Source: an uncultured Spirochaetota bacterium (GTDB lineage Bacteria; Spirochaetota; Spirochaetia; SZUA-6; CAVTHK01). Taken from it: DNA of 64,000 nt. The stretch is taken from the NCBI GenBank assembly GCA_963734495.1, contig CAVTHK010000013.1, forward strand, positions 352,001 through 416,000. The letters are read 5' to 3'. This document shows positions 43,445 to 53,902 of the stretch, piece by piece (position 1 is the first letter of the stretch; the number at the start of each line of letters is the position of its first letter). The notes beneath the pieces were generated by a model. That model ran no database searches. It worked only from the letters and a program-made list of their open reading frames with translations, and had not been told where the DNA came from. The position numbers and the translations under genes were made by a program.

Positions 43445-45445
43445 TCACAGCATCGCCGTGACCTCGCTCGTCTTGCCGACGATCACCTGAGCCGCGGATT
43501 CCACCTCTGCGGTCTCCACGTTCACGACCCGGCCAAAGATCACCACCGAGCCTGGCATCTCGATCACCGAGCCGGTCAGGATGTACCGCGCAGCGAGGAC
43601 CTTGCCGACGGACACGGCCTTGTTCGTGTCCATGAGGTCCGACGCGGCAAGCTGCTGCTCGCGCAGGATTTCGTCCAGCCTGGACCGCTCGACGAGGGTG
43701 AGGTGGTCGGCCTTGGCCAGCTCGACCACACCCATCTCGTTGAGCAGCGTCACGAGGCGTGGCTGATCGGGACCTTTTGCCGCGAAGCCCGACACCGCGA
43801 TCGCGCCGCCCTTCTTCTGACTTACCTCCAGCAGGATCTCCTGGAACAGGTTGTGCAGCTGCTCCGAGAGGGGACGGTCCGCGGTCCGGCCGGGAAGCAT
43901 CTCCTCGTCCGCCCCCACTCGCTTCGCGTCGGCATCGGACACCTCGAGCTCCTTGCTCAGGATGCGGATGTACTCGTCCATCATGCGGATCTCGTCGTCG
44001 AACCCTTGATCGTCCGAGCGCAAGTGGACGTTGACGAGCTCCTTCTTCATCGCGACCGTCCACTCCAGCGCCGTCCTGAGCCTGCCCTTGAACGTCCCCT
44101 CGAGCTCCGCGATCTCGGGGCTGGTGACTGCGTGGTAGTCCGCACCCACCGCGCTCCGGCCACGCAGCATCGAGTTCCGAAGCGAGTTGACCTGGTCGAG
44201 CTCGCTTCTGCCTGCGTAGTAGGCGTCGCCGATCCGCTTGAGCGCCTGGGCAAAGGCGAGCATCGTGCCGGATCTCATCACCATGCCGTCGGAGAACCCG
44301 GCGACCGGCTCCTCGGCGTCGACGCACTCCACCAGGACGGACACGGGATCAGCCGCATGGCGGACACCTTCAACGTCCTTGTACTCCAGGGTGAACCTTG
44401 CGAGCTCCGTCGGGCCGTGCTTCGCGGTGGGCAGGATCCGGACGCGGGCAAGGATCGTCTCGTAGTCCCTGTGGTGCAGCGTGGGCAGCGCGTAGGTGAT
44501 CGTGTCGCCGGAGACGCGATTCTCGTAACCCCAGGTCCCCAGGACCTCGACGGGCATCCGGAACTCCAGCTTCATCCTGAGGTCGCGGGCCGCGGGGACC
44601 GCCATCCGGTCCAGCTCGCTGCCGAAGGTCTTCTCCATCTCCTTTGCGTCCGCGATGAAGCGCGAGCTGCCCCCGCCCCTCCGGGCCAGCTCTTCCATGA
44701 GCTTCGGGTCGTAGCCCGTGCCGACTCCGATGGCCGAGAGGTTCACTCCCCTCTCCCTGAATGAGTCCGCCATGTCGAGCAGCGCGCCGGTGGAGCCGAC
44801 GTTGCTCAAGCCGTCGGTGAGGAGCAGCACACGGTTCGTGTACCCGGACCTGAAGTTCTTCATCACCTCTGCGTAGCCGAGCTCGACGCCCGCGGGCACG
44901 TTCGTGCCCCCGCGCGTCTGGATCTGGGAGACCGCGCTGCGGAATCGGGACCTCTGCTCGGCGCTGGACATCCTGGTCGACGGGAAGACGACCTCCGCGA
45001 CGTTGTCGAAGATCACGAGTGACACGAAGTCCTTGTCGCGGACGCTGGAGATGAAGATGTCGAAGGCTTTCTTCACCCAGTCCAGCTTGTTCGCCGAAGA
45101 CATCGACCCGCTCCTGTCGATGACGAAGGCGAAGTTCAGCGGCCGCAGCTCCTCAAAAGGCAGCTCCCTGGCCTGGACGCCGACGTGAACGATTTCCTCC
45201 TGACCCTTGCCCGACACCTGCCTGTGCCCCGTGTAGACGCTCACCCCCAGCAACTCCGTCGGCTTCGGGTAGCGGTAGTTGACGTAGGCCACGTACGAGC
45301 CTTCGTCGACCTGGGCGGACGGCACGATGACCCCGCTTCCCGCCAGGTACCGTCCCCTGGCCGACGAAGCCCCTTCGGCCGATGCGCCGCTCCACGCCGC
45401 GAAGCAGCAGGCGCTCAGTGCGAACACTGCGATCAGCCTTTTCAT
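43445..45445 (-). CDS. secreted VWA-domain protein (YfbK-like) with C-terminal CsgG/FlgO-like domain
   Basis: Signal peptide; MIDAS DRSGSM, GGTN, LLTDG; C-terminal LVERSRLDEILREQ..AVSVGKVLAARYILTGS...GRVVNVETAEV. Confidence 0.85.
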   Translation of the reverse strand: MKRLIAVFALSACCFAAWSGASAEGASSARGRYLAGSGVIVPSAQVDEGSYVAYVNYRYPKPTELLGVSVYTGHRQVSGKGQEEIVHVGVQARELPFEELRPLNFAFVIDRSGSMSSANKLDWVKKAFDIFISSVRDKDFVSLVIFDNVAEVVFPSTRMSSAEQRSRFRSAVSQIQTRGGTNVPAGVELGYAEVMKNFRSGYTNRVLLLTDGLSNVGSTGALLDMADSFRERGVNLSAIGVGTGYDPKLMEELARRGGGSSRFIADAKEMEKTFGSELDRMAVPAARDLRMKLEFRMPVEVLGTWGYENRVSGDTITYALPTLHHRDYETILARVRILPTAKHGPTELARFTLEYKDVEGVRHAADPVSVLVECVDAEEPVAGFSDGMVMRSGTMLAFAQALKRIGDAYYAGRSELDQVNSLRNSMLRGRSAVGADYHAVTSPEIAELEGTFKGRLRTALEWTVAMKKELVNVHLRSDDQGFDDEIRMMDEYIRILSKELEVSDADAKRVGADEEMLPGRTADRPLSEQLHNLFQEILLEVSQKKGGAIAVSGFAAKGPDQPRLVTLLNEMGVVELAKADHLTLVERSRLDEILREQQLAASDLMDTNKAVSVGKVLAARYILTGSVIEMPGSVVIFGRVVNVETAEVESAAQVIVGKTSEVTAML

Positions 45446-45683
45446 GCGAACCTCCTGCGACCGGAGTTGTTGCATCGAGCGTGCCACGGCGCCGGTGCTG
45501 CAACTTGCGCGCAGCTGAATGAGTTATGCGGGCAGGGCGAAGACGCCAGGCTGCAGTTCCCCCACAACCTCCGGAGAGCGTCGAGGCGGGCGCGGTGAGC
45601 AACCCTTCATGATAGAAGGGTCTATGAGCAATTGGAGAGAAGATGGTCAGGATGAAGGTTGACGACGGTTCGCGCGGGGGCCG

Positions 45684-47041
45684 TCAGGCACGGGACGCGG
45701 CGCGTTTCTTCTGCAGCTCCTCGCGCAGCGCCTCGTGTTCGCTCTTGCCGAGAGGCGATCTCCAGGCGAGGACCATCGAGAGGCCCAGCAGCAGGGCGGG
45801 CGCAACGCCGATCAGCAGCCGGATGGCGAGCAGGGCGGACGCGGGCTGCTCCTCGCCCGGCGCGGTAGCCGGTCCAGTGCAGGATCGCCCTGCGACAGCG
45901 CGAGGACGAGGGCGGTCCCGCTCTTCTGGATGAACACGACGAAGCCGTAGTAGGCGCCTTCGCGACGCACGCCCGTGGCGATCTCGTCGGCCTCGATCAC
46001 GTCGGGAACCATGGACCACGGGATGACGTGCGCGCCGGCCACGCCGAGGCCGGCAAGCGCGGCGAGCACGTAGGCGAGCGTGCGAGCGGAGGCCGGCGAC
46101 CAGGGCGAGGCCCAGCATGACGGCGCCCACCAGCCGGCAGCCAGGGCGTAGGCGCCCCGCTTGCCGAGGCGGCCCGACAGGAGCACGACCAGCGGGATGC
46201 ACGCGAGCGCGGCGCCCTGCACGACGACGAGCACGAGCTCCAGCTCGTCCGGGATGCGCAGCCAGTACGTGACGTAGTACTGCAGCAGGGACGCCACGAG
46301 ATTGACCGTCACCCACGAGAGAAGGTAGATGCCCGCGATGTACCGGAAGGCCCGGTTGCTGCCGCATCGCGGCGAGCGAAGCCAGCGAGGCTCTCCCGCG
46401 GCGGCGGCGTGGCCGCGAACCGCTCCCGGACGGTGAAGAACAGCATCAGGTACGGCGCCATGGCGAGCAGGCCGAAGCCGGCGCCGGCGACGAGGTAACC
46501 GGCTGCCGGACGCGCGAAGCCCCGCACGATGACGGGCACGAAGTAGGCGGCCACGAGGCCGCCCAGCATGCTCGTGGCCATGCGCCAGCCCGTGACCTCG
46601 GTGCGCTCGTCGTAGTCCTCGGTGAGCTCCGCGGTCAGCGCGCCGTAGGGGACGGTCATCAGGGTGAACGCCGTGTCGAAGAGGATGTAGGCGAGCGCGT
46701 ACCAGCCTGCCCTGCCGAGGTCGCTCCACGGCGGCACCCACCACAGCATCGTGAAGAAGACCGCGAGCGGCAGCGCGTTGAAGAGAAAGATCGGCCGTCG
46801 CCTGCCCCATCGCGTCCTGCACGCGGTCCGCCAGGACGCCGATGAGCGGGTCGTTCACCGCGTCCCAGATGCCGCCGACGAGCAGAACGAGCGCCGCCAG
46901 GCTCGGCGGCAGCCTCGCGACGTCCGTGAGGAAGAACGCGAAGAAGAAGATGAAGATCGTCGACGTGGTGGTATTGCCCCAGTCGCCGAGGCCGTACGCG
47001 ATCTTGGTGGCGAGGGGGAGCCTTCCGGGCCGTTGTCTCAT
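45684..47041 (-). CDS. MFS transporter, GPH/MelB-MFSD2-like; frameshifted
   Basis: KIAYGLGD, WDAVNDPLIG, WGRRRP, PYGALTAELT.DYDERT, IPWSMVPDVIE, RREGAYYG. Confidence 0.88.
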
Positions 47042-48210
47042 TCGGTGCCTCCTCCGGGGAAACGCAGGTCCTTCTCGTAGATGCGATAGCGCCGGTAGAT
47101 GCGGAGGCCCGACCGGTCCTGGATCCGGTTCGACTTCCAGTTCTCGTCTCCGGTGAGCGAGACGTCGACCTCCCGGTAGCCCTTGCGCCACAGCGCCTCG
47201 CCGAGCCGCTGCATGATCAGCACCTCCACGAAGCGGCCCTGGAACTGCGGCGCCACCACGAGGATCTTGAACGAAGCCCGGTCGACGCGGCGGAGGCGGA
47301 GCAGGAAGCGCGCGGTACCCACCAGGCCCAACCGCCCTCCGAGGCCGTGCAGCGCCTGGTTGGCGTCCGGCACCACGAGGCCGAAGCCGGCGGGCCGGCC
47401 GTCGACCTCGGCCAGCAGGGCCAGCTCGTCGTCGAGGATGGGCTTGAGCTCCGCGGCCCGGGCGAGGAACTCCTCGTCGCTCACAGGCACGTAGTATGGA
47501 AGAGAGGCGACTGCTGTGTTGAAGAGCCGGCACGCGATGCGTATGTCTTCTTCCCACCGACGCCGATTCGAGCGTCCTTATCGTGACGCCGCGGTCTTTC
47601 GCGCCCGCGATCTCGATGGCGCGCCGCAGGTGAAGCGGCGCGTCCTCGACGAACGAGCGGTCGCCCGGCGGGCGCATGAGCATACGCGCGAAGATGTCCT
47701 GAGACCTGCGCATGCCCGCGCTCTCGAGCAGCCGCGCATAGTACGGAGGCGAGTGCGCTTCCATGAGCGCGGGCACGCTGTCGAACCCCTCGACAAGGAT
47801 GCCGGGCTCGTCGTCGGCCGCCGGGTTGTAGGGGCCGCGCATGCTCGAGAGCCCGCGCGCGGCGAGCCACGCCGACGCCGTGTCCAGGAGCAGACGCGCG
47901 GCGGCGGGGTCGTCGAGGCACTCGAAGAAACCGAAGATGCCGACGGGCTTGCGCAGCGCTTCGGCAGCCTTGCGGTCGTGGATGGCGGCGATGGTGCCTG
48001 CGATCATTGCGCCTCGAACTGCCATCCAAAGCTGAAGGTCGGCCGTCCGCCAGAACGGGTTGCGCTTCCGGTCGACCCTGCCGAGCCGCTCGCCGAGGAT
48101 CGGCTCTACCCAGTTCGGGTCGTCGCGATAGACGAGGCGGGCAAAGCAGAAGCATCGCGCGATCTGGCGTCGGGTATCGGCTGGCACGATGCGCAGGGTA
48201 TCGATGTCAC
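47038..48210 (-). CDS. YghO/bacterial ceramide synthase-like GNAT-fold acyltransferase; frameshifted, start uncertain
   Basis: YRDDPNWVEP, NPFW, GIFGFFECLDD, MRGPYNP...EPGILVEGF, HSPPYY, VPDANQ, YRRYRIYEKDL. Confidence 0.8.
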
Positions 48211-48377
48211 GACGATGCGACGCCCGCCGCTCGTCGTCAAGCCGGCGTTCGGGGGCTGGCCGGCGGCGGCGCGGGCTTGGCGGGCCGACCTTTACCCGGG
48301 CCGAAGCATCTTCGGTTCCCCGGTCTCGCGCCGCCAACTATCGCGGCCAGCCCGGCCCCTGCTACCGATGGCCCGAG

Positions 48378-48470
48378 TCACCTGAACATCATGGGCGTGG
48401 CGCGAGCGCCGCACCCGTCGTCCTGGTACGCGACATACGGAGTGTCCACCGAATCGATCGCCAGGGACGT
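48378..48470 (-). pseudogene. relic beta-propeller blade
   Basis: Startless SLAIDSVDTPYVAYQDDGCGARATPMMFR*, a blade-type repeat. Confidence 0.45.
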
Positions 48471-48524
48471 GTAGGATGCCCTGCGCGCGCTAAAGCCCGC
48501 GGTGCCCACGACCTGCCACGAGCC

Positions 48525-49150
48525 TTTGACGTCTGGCTGGTCAAGACCGCCGCCGGCGACGGCGAGGAGTGGAACCAGACGTACGGTGGAAGCGCTGACG
48601 ACCGCGGATTCTCCGTTCAGCAGACTCGAGATGGTGGTTACATAGTGGCCGGCGGAACGAAGTCGTTCGGCGCCGGCGGCGAGGACATCTGGCTGATCAA
48701 GACGGACAGCCTGGGCAACGAGCGGCTGCCGGCGGGTACATCGTCGCAGGGACGAACCTGGAGGACGTCTTTCTGCTCAAGACGGACTCTCTGGGAAGAA
48801 GGAGCGGAGCGCGCGATTCGAGAGAGACTTTCCGGACTACGGCATGTGCGCCCTGCAGACGAGCGATGGCGGCTACGTGCGACGCCGGACGCGGCGAACT
48901 ACCTCGACCACTGGTACGTGCCTACCGGCGATCTGAAGGTCCCCGTGGTCACGCTTCACAACGTGCGCGACCCTGCCGTCCCCTATTCGCACGAGGCTCG
49001 ATTCGCTGCGATCGTCGCGGCAGCGGGCAAGTCGGCGTTCCTGGAGCAGATCGACGCGTTCGCGCCATTCGGCCACGTCGTGGTCACGCCCGGGGAGGTC
49101 GTGAGGGCGTTCATTCTGATGGAACAGAAGGCAGGCCGGCAACTACGGTC
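48525..49150 (+). pseudogene. chimeric relic: secreted beta-propeller repeats joined to a hydrolase C-terminal fragment
   Basis: DVWLVKT..WNQTYGGSADDRGFSVQQTRDGGYIVAG..DIWLIKTDSLGN plus two further partial repeats in other frames; then TGDLKVPVVTLHNVRDPAVP...GH; no start or RBS. Confidence 0.55.
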
Positions 49151-49189
49151 GCGGGTCGCGAAAGACCGCCGCGCAGAGGCCAGACACAA

Positions 49190-49217
49190 GCCCCGATTCC
49201 CCGCCGGGAATCGGGGC
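49190..49217. terminator. perfect 12-bp hairpin, probable terminator of the minus-strand ABC/dehydrogenase operon
   Basis: GCCCCGATTCCC-CGCC-GGGAATCGGGGC, 13 nt beyond the dehydrogenase stop. Confidence 0.65.
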
Positions 49218-49230
49218 CGTTTCCCGTCCT

Positions 49231-50219
49231 CTACTTCGTGTACACGTCCTTGGCCTCGAGCCGGTTGATCATCGGCTCGCCGGCCTTGTAGCGCTTCACG
49301 TTCTCCGAGATGATGCGGATGCAGCGCTCGACCTTGTCGGTGACCGCGGGCGTGGAGTGCGGCGTGACATAGACGCCGGGCAGGTCCCACAGCGGGCTCG
49401 ACGCCGGCAGGGGCTCGACCGTCACGGTGTCCAGACCGGCGCCCGCGATCTTTCCCGCCTTGACCGCCTCGATGAGGGCCTCTTCGTCGATGATGGCGCC
49501 GCGGCCCATGTTCACGATAAAGGCGGTCGGCTTCATGAGAGCGAGCTGCTTTCGGCCGATGATGTGCCAGGTCGCGTCCGAGAGCGGAAGCGCGATGACG
49601 ACAAAGTCGCACTGCTTGAGCAGGTCGTCGAGGCTGTCGCCGCGCTCCGCCGAGTACAGCCTGTCGACGCCCGCCGGAGCCGCGCCGGCGCTCCTGCGGT
49701 AGCCGAGCACCGTCATGTTGAAGGCCTTGGCGCGCACGGCCAGCTCCTTGCCGGTGTTGCCCAGGCCGAGAATCCCGATCGTCTTGCCCCACATGGCCCG
49801 CCGGTTCTCCTGCTTCTCGTTGCGCAGCCAGACGTGCGCCTTCTGAGCCTCCAGGAGGGCGCGCGACGTCGTAGGTGTGGAGGAGCATGAAGAACATGGC
49901 ATGCTCGGCCAGCGCCGGGCCCGACCGGCCCGCGGAGCTCGTCACGATGAGGCCCTTCTCGAACACCCACGGGCGCGCGGACCTGGTGAGCCCGGCGTGG
50001 TCGCAGTGGACCCAGCGCAGGTTGGGCGCGTTACGGAACCGGTCGTCGAGGTCCGACGCGAGCACCGCCACGTCGACGGTCTTGAGCGCGGCCTCGACCG
50101 CGGCCGCATCGCGGGGCGAGGCCGTGATGAACTCGGCCGGGGCAAACGCCTTGCGCACCTGCTCGAGGCTGCTCCGGCTTGTAGTGGATCGTGGCGAGCA
50201 CACGCTTGATCTGAGGCAT
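49231..50219 (-). CDS. D-2-hydroxyacid dehydrogenase; frameshifted
   Basis: ILGLGNTG, IALPLSDAT, VNMGRG, AGLD..EPLP..SPLW, TPH. Confidence 0.9.
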
Positions 50220-50249
50220 GCGAGACCTTCCTTTCGTTTCGGCTGCCTT

Positions 50250-51131
50250 TCAGCCCTTGATGGCGCCGACCATGACGCCCTTGACGAAATAGCGCTGCAG
50301 GAACGGGTATGCGAGCAGGATCGGCAGCGTCGTGACGATGATCGTCGCGAACTTGATGGTCTGCCCGATCGGCTCGCGGTCGCTGACCGTGCCGATCATC
50401 ATGGTGTCGGTGCTGCTCATGATGATGATCTCGCGCAGGATCAGCTGCAGAGGGTAGAGCGTGCGCGTCCTGAGGTAGATCATCGCGTTGAAGAACGCGT
50501 TCCAGTGATAGACCGAGTAGAAGAGGATCATCACCGCGACGACCGGCATGGATACGGGGATAAAGATGCGCACGAGGATCGTCAGGTCGTTGGCGCCGTC
50601 GATCTTGGCCGATTCCTCGAGCGAGTTGGGCACGGCCTGGAAGCCGGTGCGCATGATGATCAGGTTCCACGTGTTGATGGCCGGCGGGATGATCATCGCG
50701 AGGCGGGTGTCGAGCATCCCGAGGTCCTTGACCAGGAGGTAGGTCGGGATCAGGCCGCCGGAAAAGAACATCGTGAACACGATGAGGAACATGAAGAAGT
50801 TCTTGCCCGGCAGGCTCGCCCGCGAGAGCCCGTAGGCGCCCAGCGACGTGAGGATCAGGTTCAGGATCGTGCCGCCGATCATGTAGATCATCGTGTTGAC
50901 GTAGCCGATGCGGATGATCGGGGTGTCCAGCCACGTACTTGTAGGCGGCGAGAGAGAAACCCTGGGGCTTCCAGAAGAAGCCCCTCGCGGCCGCGAGCAG
51001 CGTCGGGTGGCTGATCGACGCGAGGAGGATGTAGTAGAAGGGGTAGAGCGTCACGATCATCAGCGCGAGCATGAACGCGACGTTGAACGACGTCGAATGC
51101 GCTTTTCCCGTGCCGACTTTCGAACAGCCAT
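50250..51131 (-). CDS. carbohydrate ABC transporter permease (MalG-like); frameshifted
   Basis: FSGGLIPTY, SLEESAKIDGA, YPFLQRYFVKGVMVGAIKG. Confidence 0.9.
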
Positions 51132-51143
51132 CGGACGCTCCCC

Positions 51144-52060
51144 CTACCAGAGACTGGTCTCGCTCATGGTCCGGCTCATCCGGTTCACCGAGACCAGCAG
51201 CACGAAATTGATGACCGAGTTGAACAGGCCGACCGCGGCGCTGTAGCTGTAGTTCATCTCGAGCAGGCCCTGCCTGTAGACGAACGTCGAGATCACGTCG
51301 GCGGTGTCGTAGGTCATCGGGTTGTACATGAGGAGGATCTTCTCGAACCCGACCGTCATCATGCGGCCCACCCGCAGGATCAGCAGCACGATGATCGTCG
51401 GCGCGATCCCCGGCAGGGTGATGTGGAGCCTCTGCGACCAGCGCGACGCGCCGTCCATATGGGCGGCCTCGTAGAGGGCGGGGTCGATGCTCGCCAGGCG
51501 CGGCGAGGTAGATGACCGAGCTCCACCCGAACTCCTGCCAGATGCCCGAGCCGACGTAGAGGGTCCGGAACCAGCCCGCCTCGGTCATAAAGGCGATCCG
51601 CTGCCCGCCGAGCGCCTCGATCAGGTCGTTGATCGGACCGGCGCGGTCGGCGAAGATGTTGATCATGCCCACCACGACCACGGTCGAGATGAAGTGCGGC
51701 AGGTAGGTCACGGTCTGCACCGTCTTCTTGAAGCGCTGGTTGGTCAGGTCGTTCAGGAACAGCGCAAAGATGATCGGGATCGGGAACCCGTAGACGATGC
51801 TGTAGATGCTGATGAGCAGCGTGTTCCGCAGGAGCCTCCAGAAGTAGAAGCTCTTGAAGAACTCGGTGAACCACTGGAAGCCCACCCACGGGCTCCCGCA
51901 GCAGTCCCTCCGACGGGATGAAGTCCTTGAACGCGATGACGGCCCCGTACATCGGGCCGTAGTGGAAGATGAGGTAGTAGCCGAGCACGGGGGCAAGCAT
52001 GCCGTAAACCCAGCGGTTCGCGACCACCTGCCTGCCGAGTCTCTGCAGTCGGGCGTTCAC
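51144..52060 (-). CDS. carbohydrate ABC transporter permease (MalF/LplB-like); frameshifted
   Basis: YLPHFISTVVVVG, WQEFGWSSVIYLAA, LYEAAHMDGA, YSYSAAVGLFNS. Confidence 0.9.
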
Positions 52061-52152
52061 TGCTGCGATCCAGTTTCGCGCTTCGCGTCCCGGCCGGCGC
52101 CGCCGAGGGGCGGGCGACCGCCGCGCCCCTCCGCGCACGCCGCCGTCGCGAG

Positions 52153-53796
52153 CTACTTGCGCGCGTTGTACCGTTCCAGCGCCTTCTGCCGCAGCGCACA
52201 CCGCCTCGTCGACGTTGAGCTGCTTGAGCGTGGCCTGGTACTTGTCCCAGTTGGCCAGGGGCTCCTTGCCCGCGATGAACTTGGCCGTCATCTCGTCGAT
52301 GTAGGTGTTGAGCTGGCTCATCAGGCGTGCCGAAGCGCCTGCCCTCGTCGGGCGTCGGGGTTACCGGCGGCATGATCCGCTCCGTGAGACCCTGCGACCA
52401 GACCGCATGGGCGGCCCGCTGCTCGGGGAGGAAGATGCGCCCGTTGAACAGCGCGTCGTCAAAGACCAGCGGCGGCGAGCTCACCCCGCGCGACCACTGC
52501 CCGATGGCCTGGTCGATCGTCAGCGTCGGGTTCTTGGTGATCTTGTCGGTGAACGACGGGCTCGCCGTTGACCATCGTGTAGCTCTCGCCCTCGATGCCG
52601 AAGATCATCAGCCTGTGGCCCTCGGGGCTGTAGCCGTAGTCCAGGTACTTGACCGCTTCCTTGATGTGCTTGGCGGAGCTGCTGATCGCGGCCGAGGTGC
52701 CGGGAAAGTACATCACCCGCTGCAGCTCGGTGTCGTAGGGCTTGCCCGCCGGGCCGATCGGGAACGGAAGCCCGGTGATCGCGAAGCTCTTGTCCTTCTG
52801 CCGGGCGAGCTGTACGAGCCGGCCGAGGCCTCCGGAAAGCGCGTTGTGCCAGGCGCCGCCGATGCCGCTCACGACCTTCTGGTCGAACTGGTTGCCGGTC
52901 GTCGAGGCGAAGTCGGGGTCGAGCAGCTTCTCGTTGTACCACTTGTTCATCAGGGTGAGCCAGTCCAGGTACTCCTTCTCGGACGGCCCGAACTTGACCG
53001 TGTTGTCGATCCGGTAGAACCGGTCGCTGATCGCCGAAGGCCCCGGTAAACGGGATAGAGGCGCGGCAGGCCCTGGGAGATCAGCGGGATCTCGTCGTTC
53101 GGGTTGCCGTTGCCGTTCGGGTCCTTTGTCTTGAACGCGACCAGCATCTTGTACCAGTCGTCGAGCGTGGCCGGCGGCTGCGATCCCCAGCTTCGTGAGC
53201 CACGCCGTGTTGGCCTGCATGCCGTAGATGACGTGCCACCTGGGGCTCAGGCTGCAGGAAGGGGAAGCCGTAGAGCAGGCCGGTGTCGGTGAGCACCTGC
53301 CGCCGCGCCGTCGGGGTGTCGGTCAGGATCTTGGTGATGTTCGGCGCCCAGTTCGCGATCTGCTGGTTCAGCGGGATGATCACCTTGTCCTGGATCGCCT
53401 TTTCCGGCCCGCCCGGATAGTTCAGCCAGTTCCACTCGATGATGTCAGGGTACTGCCCCGAGGACACCATGAGGTTGAACTGCTCGTTCTGCTGCCCCAC
53501 CGGCGGATGCACGAACTTCATGTCGATGTTCGTGAGCTCGAGCATCTTCTTGTAGGCCGGGATGTCGGCGTAGCTGTTGATCGCCGCGCCGCCCTTGATC
53601 GGCTCGAAGGTGCAGAACGTCGTGAGCATGATGCGGTCCTTGACGATCGGCAGCGCGATCGGCTCCGGCGCGCCGGAAGCGGGCGCCGCGGTCATGGCCG
53701 GTCCCGGTCGCCCCTTTTTCGGGCGTTGGTCCCGCCCACGCAAGCATGCCGGCGACCAGCAGGCCGGCGCACGATGGAGAACAGTTTTCGAGACAT
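52153..53796 (-). CDS. ABC transporter extracellular solute-binding protein, copy 2; frameshifted
   Basis: FNLMVSSGQYPDII, KDPNGNGNPNDEIP, LDYGYSPEG, FGIEG; GAGGAGGT RBS. Confidence 0.88.
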
Positions 53797-53902
53797 GGGG
53801 TCACCTCCTCGTGGACCTCGGCGACGTTCTCATCATTGCCGTGCGATGTCAACTCGACCAGGGGCCGCGAACGGGGCCCGCTCCCGCTGCGCATCGGGAG
53901 GT

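Noticed and set aside
38464..45680. Integron cassette array or prophage
   Set aside because: Genes are in mixed orientation with their own promoters; no convincing attC pairs, integrase or phage genes
48189..49268. 359-aa ORF as a genuine gene
   Set aside because: The N-terminal part is antisense or non-coding-like, and the recognisable pieces switch frames and lack a start
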